Assembly (NCBI GenBank): GCA_030704615.1
Contig: CM060733.1
Coordinates: 70,122,001 to 70,186,000 of the forward strand
Length of the DNA stretch: 64,000 nt
Direction: 5' to 3'
Origin: Takakia lepidozioides
Taxonomy: Eukaryota; Plantae; Bryophyta
The position numbers were made by a program, and so were the translations under genes. The notes beneath the pieces are model-generated. The model saw only the letters and a program-made list of their open reading frames with translations, did not search any database and had not been told where the DNA came from. Position 1 is the first letter of the stretch. Every line of letters starts with the position of its first letter. This document shows positions 36,447 to 49,616 of the stretch, one piece after another.

Positions 36447-39141
36447 TCATTCAGGAGATGCTGGCGTACTTTGTGAGAAACGTTGCTCCGCACTGGATAT
36501 TCCAGAGACAAACCTCTCATGCAATGGAACACGCGGAATGGAGAAGTTGTTCCTGTCCGCCCTGTATGAGTTTGCATCCGACCCAGGAGGGGTGTTCAAT
36601 TTCCGTTTACAGGACCCGAATCTCTCCTCGCCCTCCATATGGGGAACTGTGAACACCAGAGGAGTTCCCTCCGCACACATGCTGACATCTCTGGCAATCT
36701 TGTTTGGATCCCCCGATCTTTTTGCAGCTCGCAACATCAACTCAGACTTGTCAGGGCCTTTGCCACCAACGCCACCCCTCAAGAAATCGCGATATCTCGT
36801 TTGTTGCTGCAGAGCTTGGATGAGATCATCTGCCATCGCCAGATACAAATCCCGCCCCCGCTTTCCAGACTGCTGCAACCATGCATTGTGCACTGTCTCC
36901 GCTAGATCGCAAGAGGGCATGTCCGCCATCTCCTCAATTGACAAGTGCTGCAGAAAGGGAAAACACACATCAAAACAAACAGGTACACCCCACGACAGCA
37001 GACATGATTGGAAATGCATACAAAGCCAATGAGAATTCATGATCTGAAATTCAGGTACCGTTGTCATGCATGCTCCCCATCGTCTATACCGGAAGTGCCA
37101 AAATGCTAGCCAGTCTTCCAGCGCTCTCATACTGTCTTCTGATACAGCCCAGATGAGAACCACCAGGCACAAATTGACTGGAACAAAGTATTCGCCTCCG
37201 CCATGCTTTTGGCATCTTTGTACTGTTTGCATAGCTTAAGATGAATTGGCCGCATGTCCGGTTTGATGTCTGCCTTGGTATGTTTATCAAGGGACTGCAT
37301 CCAATGGAAAAGACATGTTCGCTCTCTTCCTGGCATTGGCACTTTTGGATCTCCTGAACCGAACACAATGTGAACAACATTGAAATTCACTTGAGCACTG
37401 TCGGTCATAAAACCAACAAAATTTGGGGATGGGACACCATGTGACATGCCTTTTCACATGCCTGTCACATGGTTGTGCCTGTCCATTCACAATGCATGGG
37501 ACACCATGTGACATGTCCCATGGCATCCCATCACGCGAATGTGACATCTCCATATAAGCTGCTGCGACTCCGCATCCTCCGATTGCATGTCACACACTGC
37601 AATTGACATGACTCGCTGGTAGAAAGGATCGTAAACATGACACGCCATTGTTGTCCAGTTTTTCACTCGTTTGACGTGATCAAACATAAGGAAACAGTTC
37701 TGCAGGTCGCCATCCTTTTGCATGCGCTTGACAAGACTCACTCCGCTGCCCTCCCCGGCTGTCGACATTTTGAAATTGTACACTTTGTTGGATCCCTGAC
37801 CTGGGAACACACTATCTTGAATGTAGTCGTACATGCTCCGAGACTTCAATTCCAAAATGTTATCAATATACCCTCTATTTGCAGAGCCCATCCTCAATGC
37901 ATTCACCTGGTTTCTAATGTTCGGTGAGCTCAAGGTTGAGAGGTGATCCATAACATTGTCCAAGGCATGCCCGTCCAGCTTCCTGCACACAGAGTCCCCT
38001 ACACAGAATATGGCTTTCCAGGAAACTCTTGCTTGCTCCAAGCACAATTGCGGAGGTGGTGGCTGTTGGATTGCTCTCATACTCCTGTCTTATCAACTTC
38101 GATATTGTTTGAACACTCTCCCTGCAATCTCCCTTCGCCACAGGATGGTTGTGGAATCCGAAATGTACGCAGGCTCTAGTCATGTTTTTCAAACGGTGAA
38201 CAACATAGTACTTGCGTGCTGCACACACCGCCAGACAGGAAGGCGCTTGTTTGCAGAACTTGCAAACGAAAGTGTTGGAGCTTGGAGGTGCTTCACCGGG
38301 TTTGAATGGATTTTTGTCGACACCCTCCCACTCGCACTGGTTGTGAACCTTCAACCACTAGAAATGCCTACAATTCAAATTCTCGCACATCAGGTGCCCA
38401 TTGCACAGGCTTCTCCGGAAGACGAGGTTGTCATGATTTTGAATATTGGATGTTTTCGTTCTGCACCACGGGTGTCCATCTCCTCTCTTGTCCATTCCCT
38501 GCATGAGGCTCGTGACGGGTCCATCCCGCCCAGGTGGAGGTAGCTCGACCCCATCATAAGCATCCGGCAGGAACTCCACACACTCAATAGGGACAGTCTC
38601 CCAGTCAATCCCCCGCAATTCACTCTGGAAACCGGGCATTCCTCCCATTGACTTCAGTTTAGGAATGACACTGATGAGGTGTGTCACTTGCGGCTTGACG
38701 ACCGGCGGTGTTTGCACATAATTTGGGTTGCTGGGAACGTCCTCGGAGGAGGAGTCTGAGAGCTCAACTATTGGGGTGGAAGTAGTGGTCTCCGTCTTCA
38801 TGACGATATTCCTTTTCTCTTGAGCAACAGAACCAGCTGTTCCCGGGGAGACATACGAACCAGCGGACTGCCACCGAGGAGCTCCGACGACCCTATATCT
38901 CCCTGGAGGCACTCTCCACTGACTCACAAGAGAATTTTCATCCGGTTTCTGAAATGAGTACTTGATCAACTTCCCATCGACCTCGTAGACCTCTCTTTCG
39001 AGGAAAACAGTGCCAATCTGGTACTCGAAACGCGTTGCCAGGAGATGTTCCTGCGCAATTGCGTAACCATTGGAATCGGCATCCTTCGAGAAAGATATAG
39101 GCTTCTCCACAGAGTCAAACTCCGCTTCAGACGAACCCATG
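36447..39141 (-). pseudogene. MULE transposase of element 2 (stops, frameshifts, lacks SWIM end)
   Basis: FLMFDHVKRV, FMTDSAQ, ERTCLFHW, DLAETVHN; same intron position as element 1. Confidence 0.9.
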
Positions 39142-39759
39142 GTGAAAGACGAATGATTCCGAGCTAGACAGAGCTCGAAAGTGGAGAGGCCCACGACTTC
39201 CGTGGATTTCATTCATCAATACCTGATAGACAGTTAAAGAGTCCTTGAAGAACAGTTGTGTAAACAGTTGTTAAAATAGATGTCAAGCAGTTATGTGCCT
39301 GCCCACACCAAGTGCAAAAGACGGCTGAGCCGAAAAATCTGGGATACAATGCCTTTGTAAAGTTTTTAGGCACGTGGGCCCAAACATTGCATTCATAGCA
39401 CGGCTGCCAGAATGGGTGCAGAACCAATGAGAAGTTCTGAACCGCCGCAATGCACAAAATCAACTTGCACATGTATGGACATCGAATCCAGGGTATGGCC
39501 ATACAGACACAAGAGGTGACGGCGGCCAGTGCCAAATGCACAAATGTTCCTGTGCTACGTGGACACGTATGAGGTGAACCCAAGCGTTGCCCCGCCGGCA
39601 TCCCCTCGCACAACGTCTCTGGGCCCAGCAGATCCTCATTTTCAAGCTGGAGACTAGTAGGAGACTGAGTTCCCACCGTGAGAGTGGTAGGCATAGAAGG
39701 CAGTCTTTTTTTTTCACCTCAACGCGAGAGAGGAAGAGGGCGAGAGAGAGATTGAGAGG

Positions 39760-41575
39760 TCGCAAGCTGGATTTGACGCTTCAAGAGATAGCAGAGGAGA
39801 GTTCGGCCCTGGAAACAGAACACATGACTGTGCAGGACCAGGCGGTCGGGGCTGCCCAAGGAGGGGATGAAACACCATCAGAGAGCGACACAGAGGATAT
39901 GGACATAGAGGAGCCCGATGCTGTTGATAAGGAATCCACGCCAAAGGGGAAGAGTGTTGTTGAGAAGGAGGCGACTCTGAAGAGGAAGCAGGCTGTGCAG
40001 ACGGTTAGTGCCGCTGCATCCAAGGCATCAGGGAGTGCTCCCCCGAAAGGACCACAGGTGATGATCTTCCTTCCTCTCTTTTGGTGCAGATTGAAGGGCA
40101 TGGCAATTGCGTGCGCTGACGCACGCAATTTCATGCCCTGCATTCTTGTCTTTTTCCACTTCAGAGATGAGTGAAGAGATCAAGGTGTCACATATGGGTG
40201 TTCTGCTAGTTTTTCCTTAACTCCTTTCTTTTGTTCACTGAACAAGAAAGGGAGGCTGTGTTTGGAGCAGGACCTTCAGAGCACCTCCAGAAAATTGTGT
40301 GCGTCAACGCACGCAATTTCTGGAGGTGCTCTGAAAGCCATGTTATGCACTCACAACCTCTAACTGCAGCCATGAACAGAGAGAAATGGGCTACACGATA
40401 TCAGCTACAACAAGCTCTGCATGTTCCTAAGACACCCCCACAAATTGCGTGCGTCAACGCACTCAATTTCGGAGGGTGCTATGATGGACATCCAGAGCTC
40501 TAAACAGATCTGAATGCCTGAATGTGTGAGCACAATTGTGATCGTATTAAATCCACGAGAGACACTTCAGAGCACCTACCGAAATTGCGTGCGTTGACGC
40601 ACGCAATTTCTGGGGTAGTTCTGAAGGACATTCTCCTGAGTATGGGTCTCTCATTTCCGAGATCAATGCACATGCATATCTTCAACTTGAAGAGAGGATG
40701 TACAGTCTGTAGAGGCTTTAGAAATGCGCGCGTCAACGCACTCTATTTGTGACATTGCTTTTACATGGAGAATTTTTCTTTTTGAATGCAGGCGAAGAAA
40801 AGGAGAGGTGTTCCCCTGGAGCAGGATGAAGACGAGGAGCACAAACTTGTTGTTGTTGAGGAGGAAGACGATGGCAGGCCATACCAGGACAGGGCAAAAG
40901 ATCTGTTGTCCTTCTCGAAAGTGAACTCAGCCCAAGTCATCAAGGCCATGGGCGTTCCTGGGGGGAAATTAATGATCCCACTTTGCAGGTTGATTTCCAT
41001 GCCATTCGTCCGACCAGCACTCATGAATGACATTGCAAAGCTGGAACAGGATTTTTGCCATGGGTACATAGAGGGTCAATATGTGTTTTACGTTTCGTTA
41101 GGCGACGCCAACGGCAGGGAAGTTCTAGTGGATGAGACCATTGTTGGAGACTGGGATCCAATTTGGCGACGTATCAACGACGAGTTTGAATCAATTATTT
41201 GCAAGATGCTTGTTACACAGCCTTTCTCAGGCAAGATGTTCCATGTCTGGGATGGCAACCACCGATTGCTTGCCTGGCAGAACATGATATCGAGGTATCA
41301 TAGCACTGAGGAGGAGTGGCACTACTGTGTGGCCTCCATGGTGCTGGATCCCAAGGGAAACATCACTGTACTCTTGACAGCAATGCATGACGTGAACAAG
41401 TAAGTGTCTTTCCTAAAATAACCTGATTATTTCCCTCATGTATGTGTTCGGAAATCATATCAGACATGTGATGACATACCACTGCTTGTGGCAGGGGAAC
41501 TGAAACCGCCCATGTTACAACGAACCTGGTACACACCCTATTCAGGATCCAGAATATTGGCCAAATGCCCCTCCT
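39760..41575 (+). pseudogene. Truncated ParB-like partner gene of element 2
   Basis: IPLCRLISMPFVRP...FYVSLGD...MFHVWDGNHRLLAW...LLTAMHDVN, homologous to 18812-19440; intron 1 ~40058-40791; truncated in exon 3. Confidence 0.85.
40105..40748. repeat. Five palindromes AAATTGCGTGCGT-(TG/CA)-ACGCACGCAATTT in intron 1 of the element 2 partner gene
   Basis: Copies at ~40105, 40292 (extended ~60-bp hairpin 40275-40335), 40442, 40581, 40721. Confidence 0.9.
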
Positions 41576-42514
41576 AGGGGGTGCACTCCTCATTAAATGT
41601 ACCAGCCACGTGAGTGCACAGGAGGGGGTATTTTAAACCCCCCCATGTACAACATTATACATACAGAGGGGGGTTTAAAACACCTTAAATATAATTTTAC
41701 AGGAGGGGGTTGTTGAGTTTTAAGGGGTAGTGTAGTGGTAAGAGCGACGTTTAGGCCGCGATGCACCGCGGGATCATCCTTTCGTTTGTTTGTTTTTTTT
41801 TTTTTTCCTCTCCGCGATCTTTCTCCCCTTCCCTCATGCGGCTTTCTCTTTTCCCTCTCCTCCTCTCATCTCCTCTCCACTCCTCTCCCGCGTTCGCCTT
41901 CCCTTCCGCGGGCTTTCTCTTTTCCCTCCTCTCCTCTCCCCTCCTCTCCACAGGGCATGGTATTCTTCCTGATGTTTACAAGGTTTAGGGGAGAGTGAGC
42001 TTGGTCTTAGCAGGTCATTTTGTGGTGGTTTCTCAAAGACCAATCCGACATTACCTGACTACAGACACCAGCAGCACACCGAAGCGATCCTTTTGGGTTG
42101 ATGGGAGGGCAAATCGAGTACGCCTATATTATGGACCCTACCTGCTGCATTCCAGTTGGGCCGATCATGTTATGGCATCAAGATGGCAATTATAGCCTAA
42201 TGAGTACATCTTTTCTTGCACAAAAAAATGGTTGTAACTTGCGATTTAGCTCTCTTATGGCTTACTCTCTGGGATCGTTCCATGAGTAAATCTTTTGGCT
42301 ACTAGTTCTCCTTCCTTCCTTTCAGTGACAGTTCTGCCTTATGGATCTGATAACCATGCAAATTATGGGAGTATCAACAAGTCCTCAGTTGAGGAGTCAT
42401 AACTGTGATACTAAACATCTGTTAGCCACGAACGAAAAGAGAGACTTGAGTGTTTTGTCTTACAATAACCACTTAATGTATATTGTCTTCCACGTATAAG
42501 GATGGGGGCATGTC

Positions 42515-42650
42515 GGCATATGCGATTTCCTTCTCAAGTTCAGGGCTGATGTCCAAGTGAGAGATAAAGATGAACAGTCTGCTACTGATGTTGCCTTGCA
42601 CTCCAAGGGGTTCCCGGGACTAGCCAAGCTGGTTTCCTTGCATGAAGCAT
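42515..42650 (+). pseudogene. Ankyrin-repeat gene fragment
   Basis: GICDFLLKFRADVQVRDKDEQSATDVALHSKGFPGLAKL. Confidence 0.5.
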
Positions 42651-42974
42651 CTTAGAGTGCAAAATACTCCTTGTGAGAACATGTTCAAGACAGTTGATTG
42701 TTTTCTGTAGCTTGTGTACCAGTCACTGCAAGCTGTTGTTAACAAACAATTAGCTATTAATTTTCTAACATATGGGAGGGTAGAGAGCGGGAAACTCCAC
42801 GTAGGCTCTCTCTCCTTTTGCTGCTTTGTCCCCCCAAGTACCTTATATTTTTTTAACTTTTTCTCTCCCCCTTGAGCAGCCAGATTAGCAAGGGGGGGGT
42901 GTTGATGCCCCTTTGTTGTTGAAGTTTAACTCCTAGGGGTGCTCTGGTGCTTGTATGTTAACAGTTGTAGCCAA

Positions 42975-45900
42975 TGTCGTTGAATCCGAAGTTATTTTGC
43001 AGGGAAGTAGAGTGAGGATGAAAGATGGGCAAGAGTATTCTATAGATTCACCCCTGTTCTTGATGTTAAGAGCAGAAGGAGGAAGGATACTTAGAAGTGT
43101 GTGTAGCCTGTCATTAGAATCTCATCTCAAGGGACAATGGAAGAATGTTGGTCACTGCCCATGGAGGTGTTATAGTCGGTCCAGACTATAACAGTACATG
43201 GGTTGTCTTGACGTCCACTAATGTTTTCCGTCTTCTGACCCACTTTGACATTGCAGGTATGTTTACTGTGTTGGTGCGCTGAGGTGCGTCCGAGGAACTT
43301 GCCCATTCTTCCTTAGGGAGGGCACGCACAATGAAATCCATTGGATGGGACATTCCGATGCACAGTTCAAACCACAAAGCCAGGTGCCCCCCAACACGTT
43401 CATATGCGCAGTGTGCAATCATGCACCCACATGCATGCAGACTTGCCCTGCAAAAATGTTCTATGTCACAGGTCCACCAACTATGACGAGAGCAGCCGTG
43501 CATGTTGGCAATCATTCACACCAGTCTGCACCTGGAGCATGTCGGGAAGCAGCCGCAAAAGCAAAAAGTGTAATTGCAGATGAGATCCACAGGTCACCCT
43601 CTGCCGGGCCCAAATCAGTCCAACTATCTGTAGCCCAATCCATTGTCATGGACAAGGTACTGTCTCTAGGTGTAACAGAGAGATGGAAGCTTGACGATGA
43701 GCAGTTCGAGCAGCTCATGGAAGAGGTCGATGCAGTGGGGAAATGTGGTGTTCGTTACGAGACACAAAAGAAAAAACTCGAAATGGGGATCGGGAACGAT
43801 CTACAAGCTTTGCTGAAACTGAAAGTGCGGCTATGACTATATCCACGGGAGCCGGTTCCTAGGTCAAGGGAGTGTGGATGACAGATGCTTCCTTTTTAAA
43901 ATGTCAACTGTTGGCAAAGGCTGTGGAGTGCATCTGGTGGACATGATGCGGCCCGGGGGGGGAGGGGACTGGGATCGAGCTGGATTATGTTCGACAACGT
44001 CAAGCGAATAAACGGCTGGAGCACAATGGCGTGTCACGTGTACCATCCGAACTATCACAAAATTATGACGATCGCAATTTGCAAAATGAAATCAGAAGAT
44101 ACAGCATCACAGATGATCATGTAGGAGTGCATCAACGATCAAATGCTGCGGGCGGGCAAGGGCCGACCACATTTTCGAGGATTCATGGCAGACAATGCAA
44201 ATGCGAATTGGGCAGCTGTTCGTAATGTTTATGGAGAGGGGGAACCAATGCCCGATCAGGAGAGGACATGTGGATTCCATCGGGGTCAGAGCCTCGTCAA
44301 GTGGACCAAGAAGTACATCTGCAAACACCTCCAAAAGAAACATATTGATCTTTGTACGAAGTGGAGAGCAACAAACATTGAGGCTGAAGCAGAGGTGTCA
44401 TTTTCTGGCCATCTATGCATGGTGGTTGTCTTCCGGTGCCGCTCGAGATGACAATGTCCCTGGGCTCTTGGGTTGGCTCTCGTGGTGGACATACCGATAC
44501 TTCTCTCCTTCATAGGTCTTCAAATATGCAATGTATCAGTCCGCTCACGTGAGCAATTTTTTTTCTTAATAGTTTGCACCGACTATTGCAACCACTGTAG
44601 CGTATATATGCATTCTTTTGCATTTATTTGGGTCAAAGATATGGGACCGCTCACATGGGAACAACATGGCAATTATAGTCTGCACCGACTATATCATCGC
44701 AAAACGACAACATCTGTTCGGGGCCTTCCACGTTTAAAATGAAATGTGGGGGCTCGCATGTACTTTGCTAAAAGATGGGTAACATTTCTTTATAGTCTGC
44801 ACTGACTAGTTATATCATTGCAGTGGGGCATTTACCTCTGATTGCTATTCTTCACCCTTTCATATCTGATTATGGTCTGCACCGACCACAGTGTGGGCCC
44901 AATGATGAATTTGCGAATGCCAGTAGTCGCTGCCGATTATAACTCCGGCTGACCCATAATGTTCGTCTAATGGCATCTATTCCAAGGGGTAGCCGTGTCG
45001 TTTCTCTACCTCGTGTCCCAATTTGCACATAAAACTTGTTTTGATCTTACGCGGACGTTAGGGTCTGGAGCTAGAGGATGAGCAATGCCAAATGTGAATA
45101 TGTCTGAGTCTGTACATGCGAGCTAGCAGGCCGGGAGCGGAGTGTTGAAGGTCGACCTGTATACAGCCACCCGAAATGACATGACAAGGGCAATACTGCA
45201 ATCACCCTCCTACAACAATTATCTGAAGGGTGGGCAAAGGGTTCAAGTCCCGACCGCGAACAATTACTGGCACGAGCCACAGCGCGGTTGTCCGATCTTG
45301 CTAAAATGACAGAAGTGGTGAGAAGTTTCATCGATGGCATGCCACTTCATGGTAGAAATCCAGGCCTCGAAGGTGATCTTCTCACTCGAACAACAAAGCG
45401 GAAAATTGTTCTTGGCAACCTACAAGACGAGGAATACGTTCATTCTTGGAGGCCTGACTTAAATCTCCGAACGACCCCCAGACGACAGGAAGGTGCCGGT
45501 GGGCCAAGACCGAGTACAAGTACTGTGGACATACATGTAGAGACCTTGGAGGATGAACTTCCAATGCAAAACAGAAAACCCGTTTTGGGGACCACAGTAT
45601 CCATGGCATGTTGGCACATTGCTCGTACTTCGAACACTTCACGAGGGAAGTGCTGGGCAGTTTGGTCTGACAGTGCGAAGCCATGCAAAGAGGACATCCG
45701 GCCACTCTAGAGTTTGGGTGTTCCAGCACCCAGATATGTTGGGCGCCACCATCCACCGACCCTTGCGAAACCTAAGATGATGGAAATGTGGCACTACCCA
45801 ACAGACATCATCTACTGTGTCCGTGGTGAATCGGGGCGATATGTGCTCGATAGACCTGATGTTACCAACATCTGGCCTGTCATGGTTGGGACCAATCTAA

Positions 45901-46400
45901 ATCAAGAGGAGGTTGATGCCTTGACCAAAGCACGATTTCGACTTGTTCCCACAGACGACATGACCCCTGCCGAGGGTGAGTGGGACAGTGAAGAGGATGA
46001 TACCAATGACCTAGATCCAAACACATATGCCACGAAGAGGTGGAAGAAAGTATATCGCCGGAAGAAATTGTCAGCACTAGCCCGGAAGAAGATCGAGCTA
46101 GGAGAATCTTTGAAAGCAACTGTCCAATCAGTCAAAGATGTTCCCCGCCCTGGAATTGGACGTGTATACACACTTTGCACACCGGGATCAGCCAAAGCAG
46201 GGGAGGTGTACAATGTTTGCATCTCCAGAAATCCGGAGTGCACATGCCCAGACTTTGACAAAATGAAACTTCGAAATGATCTTACACCCATTGCAAACAT
46301 ATATACTATATTATGTTGCGCAGATTGAAGATGCGGAATGACTCGGAGGAGATAAACCATCCAATGCTCACCATAAATGAGGTGAAGGCAATGTTGGTCC
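42975..46400 (+). pseudogene. MULE transposase of a more distant family member (element 3), decayed
   Basis: FICAVCNHAPTCMQTCPAKMFYV...HVGNHSH; IMFDNVKRINGWSTMACHVY; FRGFMADNANANWAAVRNVYG...ERTCGFH; SWIM PECTCPDF...CKH; intron ~44500-45060. Confidence 0.85.
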
Positions 46401-48872
46401 GCGACTCTTGTCCTTGGTTCCCATAGTGAGCCTATGGATTTTTTTGAAGGATATCCTAATTCTGCGTGGTCTCTCCAGATCGACCACTTTCTGACGCCAC
46501 ATTTTGTAGTCTACACTTTCATCCACAAGTATGCTTACATGCCCGAGGAGGAGCTCACGTGAGCAGATCAGCGCTTTTCTGTTGCTAATCATTTTCCCCT
46601 AAATGTGTGTTTTGGCGCATCTTCAGCCTTTCAGACAATCGCAATCCTTGTAGTCTGTGCCGACTTATAGATGCGGAGGTGTAGTTGTGAAATGTGCACA
46701 ATTTTCCATTCAGTTGACCGGTGCCGCTCACATGAGCAGACATGTCATTGGAAACTTTTTGACTAACTTGCTCATATTAAATGCTTCCAACACTTGCTTC
46801 AATCACTGCACGAAAATATGTTAGTTAGCGGATATTCGAACACATCATACATGCTCTCCATTGTAGTCTGTGCCGACTATAAAGTGTACGATGTGTACGT
46901 GCCCACTGTTCTATACTTGTAGTTTGTGCCGACTACAAAATGGTACCAGCTGTTGGTGAGCACTATTACATCGTTGTAGTCTGTGCCGACTACAAAGTGT
47001 GCGATCTCCATCTACACATTACTCAGTTTTCTTCACCAGGGACCTCACGTGAGCGGTGGTATGACTGTTGAGTCTAGGGGTGAGTTGCCGCACATTGCCT
47101 GCACATAGGCAAGTCACTTTGTGTACACCATGTGGCAAATGATTGTTGAGCTCATATACACAAGAGTATTACGTGAGCATAGCGCTTTGGACTTAGATCC
47201 TGAATGTCTGAGACTCATACAAGAAAACCTTGTTGTTTCCCGATGTTTAAATGTTTATACAATTGGAATCCTTATAGTCTGTGGCAACTATAAAATGTAT
47301 GGCGTGGAGGTGCACATATGATGCATTTGTAGAACCGGAGCTGACATAAGGTCATTTGGCACTGCTGACTTTCATATCTGACTTGCTTTTGTTTGAGCAG
47401 GAAATGCCTGTTGTTCGGGAGTCTGTCGCATCCTCATTCAACTCGCATCCTTTTAGTCTGTGCCGACTATAAAGCATACGACCTAGAGGTGCAATATATT
47501 CCAAGTTGTTCGTGTCGGGAGCTCACATGACCGAACTTATGACTGCTCACTTTGGATAACTTGCCTATCGGACATGCTTCGTAGACTTGCGTAACTTTGT
47601 GTATGGACTGATTGTTGTTGGCCCATATTTCCCATTCTCGTACACTTCAAATCATTGTAGTCTGTGCCGACTATAAAGTGGGCGTCCTCTAGGTGAACAA
47701 TATTCGAGTTAGTATTGGAACAAAACTCGGCGCCGACTCCCACATGACTCTCTAAACCCTAAGTTCCGTTCTGGTAGCAGAGCTGTCAGTAACGTTTTCA
47801 ATGATCTCTTCTACCTGCCAGTTCAAGTCGTCGAAGACTACATTTCAACCAAAATCACTAAGCGTGGAGAAGTAATGCGGCTCACAAGTCAAAAAGAAGA
47901 GTTTCCCTCTTTTTGTACTCAAACTTTTATGAACGACACAATGGTTCATTGCTGGACTTGCAAGTCCCAGTGAAGTTTACAAACACATCTGTACTACGCA
48001 TATGAGATTTGCGATTGTACACTTTAACTTAGCTTAAGCAAAACGCAAAGCCTATGTTAGCTTAGTTGAACCTTTGTCGGCAGAGAGGGCAAGAGGCATT
48101 GAGCTGCATCCAAGTATCAATGCACTCACTGTGGAAACAATGCAAACAACCGGTGAGGGTGTGAACAGAGTCGCCGGCTTGTGGAGACTCCATGCAAATA
48201 CCGCAGGGTTCCTGTGCAGGTGTATCCGCAGGAAGAATAGCCTGAGGGAAAAAAGTAGAAATCAATTCAATAGACGCACCGATCCATTGCAAATCCTCGA
48301 CTTCATCCTGGACCTCACCGTCTTCTTCCTTATCCTTATCCTCGTCCTCCCAGTCTGAGTACTTTGCAGGTAGATCCTCCACATCGTCTGAGCTTCCTTC
48401 TTCCTCTGAATCGTCTGCAGCGCATGTCCCGTCTACATTTCCACTCTGTAGACACGCAATCTCTGCCTCTGCTTCATTTCGTGCAATGCAGTAAGAGATG
48501 TCATCTGGAGCCACGACCAACAGTTCTCCTCGGGCCTGTCCTCTTCTCGCCCTCCGCTGCATTAGTCCTGCCCAATACAAGAACAGGTGTATTGTCCATT
48601 GTGTGTGCACCACAAAAGATGAAGAAACGTGGTGGCGCTACAAACGCGGGAGTGACCTACTCTCGTAGAACACCCCAGTGACCCGACAAATGTTACTGAT
48701 GGCAGGAGGTGTTGGACTGCCGACACGTGGCCGGCAGCCAAACACATTGGACACGAAATCTCTTCCGCATTTTCGTTAGTTGGATGATCGGAAATCGCCT
48801 GCCCTTCTCCGGCCATGTTATAGGCGGCGCCGACTTCCTGATCCCTGAAAGTGTGTAGTCTGCGGCAACTAC
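44568..48872. repeat. About 13 quasi-palindromes TAGTC-(TGTGCC/TGCACC)-GACTA in element 3, interspersed with GCTCACGTGAGC
   Basis: Copies at ~44568, 44674, 44791, 44871, 44923, 46650, 46863, 46919, 46976, 47272, 47453, 47657, 48855. Confidence 0.85.
48062..48613 (-). CDS. RING-H2 (C3H2C3) zinc-finger protein, probable element 3 cargo; true 5' end uncertain
   Basis: CGICMES...LTGCLHCFHSECIDTWMQLNASCPLCR; acidic linker; flanked on both sides by the element 3 palindrome. Confidence 0.7.
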   Translation of the reverse strand: MVHTQWTIHLFLYWAGLMQRRARRGQARGELLVVAPDDISYCIARNEAEAEIACLQSGNVDGTCAADDSEEEGSSDDVEDLPAKYSDWEDEDKDKEEDGEVQDEVEDLQWIGASIELISTFFPQAILPADTPAQEPCGICMESPQAGDSVHTLTGCLHCFHSECIDTWMQLNASCPLCRQRFN

Positions 48873-49616
48873 ATTTTCTCATTTTCATGGAACTTGTTGG
48901 AATTTTCCCCAAAAAAAAAAAAAAAAACAGCATCCACGGTTATACGGTTATAGAAGAGGGGTCTATTCCCGCGGTTGCTATTTTTATTGCACTATTGAGT
49001 TGTAATCGGTACCAACTACCTAGGTTCGGTGACTGCCAAGCCTGGTTTGTCATGCCCGATCTTAAGGTTAACAAATGCCAAATCAATGTCAAATTTCGAG
49101 AATTTTCCTAAAATTGTGCTATGCTCATGGTATTTTTAGCTCATGCAACATACACACCCATGATTGCAGCTTAGTGGCACACTGCCATGTGTACTCATCC
49201 ACTATCTCACATTTGACACCCAACCCGGTAACACACCAAAATGCTTTTGCAGTTCAATTTCCAAACCATCCCAATCCTCATGTGGATACATATGTGCTTC
49301 ATTAGAAACATACCAGAAATGTCAAAAGTTGACCATGATAGCATGACTGTTTTCAAATTAGCCTGTCTTAAAAATGGCAAGTGCATGCTACAGAGAAGGC
49401 CTACTAATTATATGCTTCAAAAAAACAAATTCTGATCAATCAAACTTCCCAACGGGCACCCCCAAGGCGTCCCCAAGCAAAGTTTCGAAGGAATTCATGG
49501 GCAGTACCTTTAGATATCCCCTTAGACACATCACTAATGAGCTCAAACAATCCAAAAGACCAGCTTGCTGAATCTCTTGAGAGAGATCAATCAAATTTTT
49601 CCAACAGGAGTTAGCC

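Larger units (their letters stand above)
36203..41575. mobile_element. MULE element 2 (same family as element 1), internally deleted and right-truncated
   Basis: Left end caacgacgctaccgcgtaagcg resembles the element 1 TIR; tggcgtgagc subterminal repeats; same divergent two-gene layout. Confidence 0.85.
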
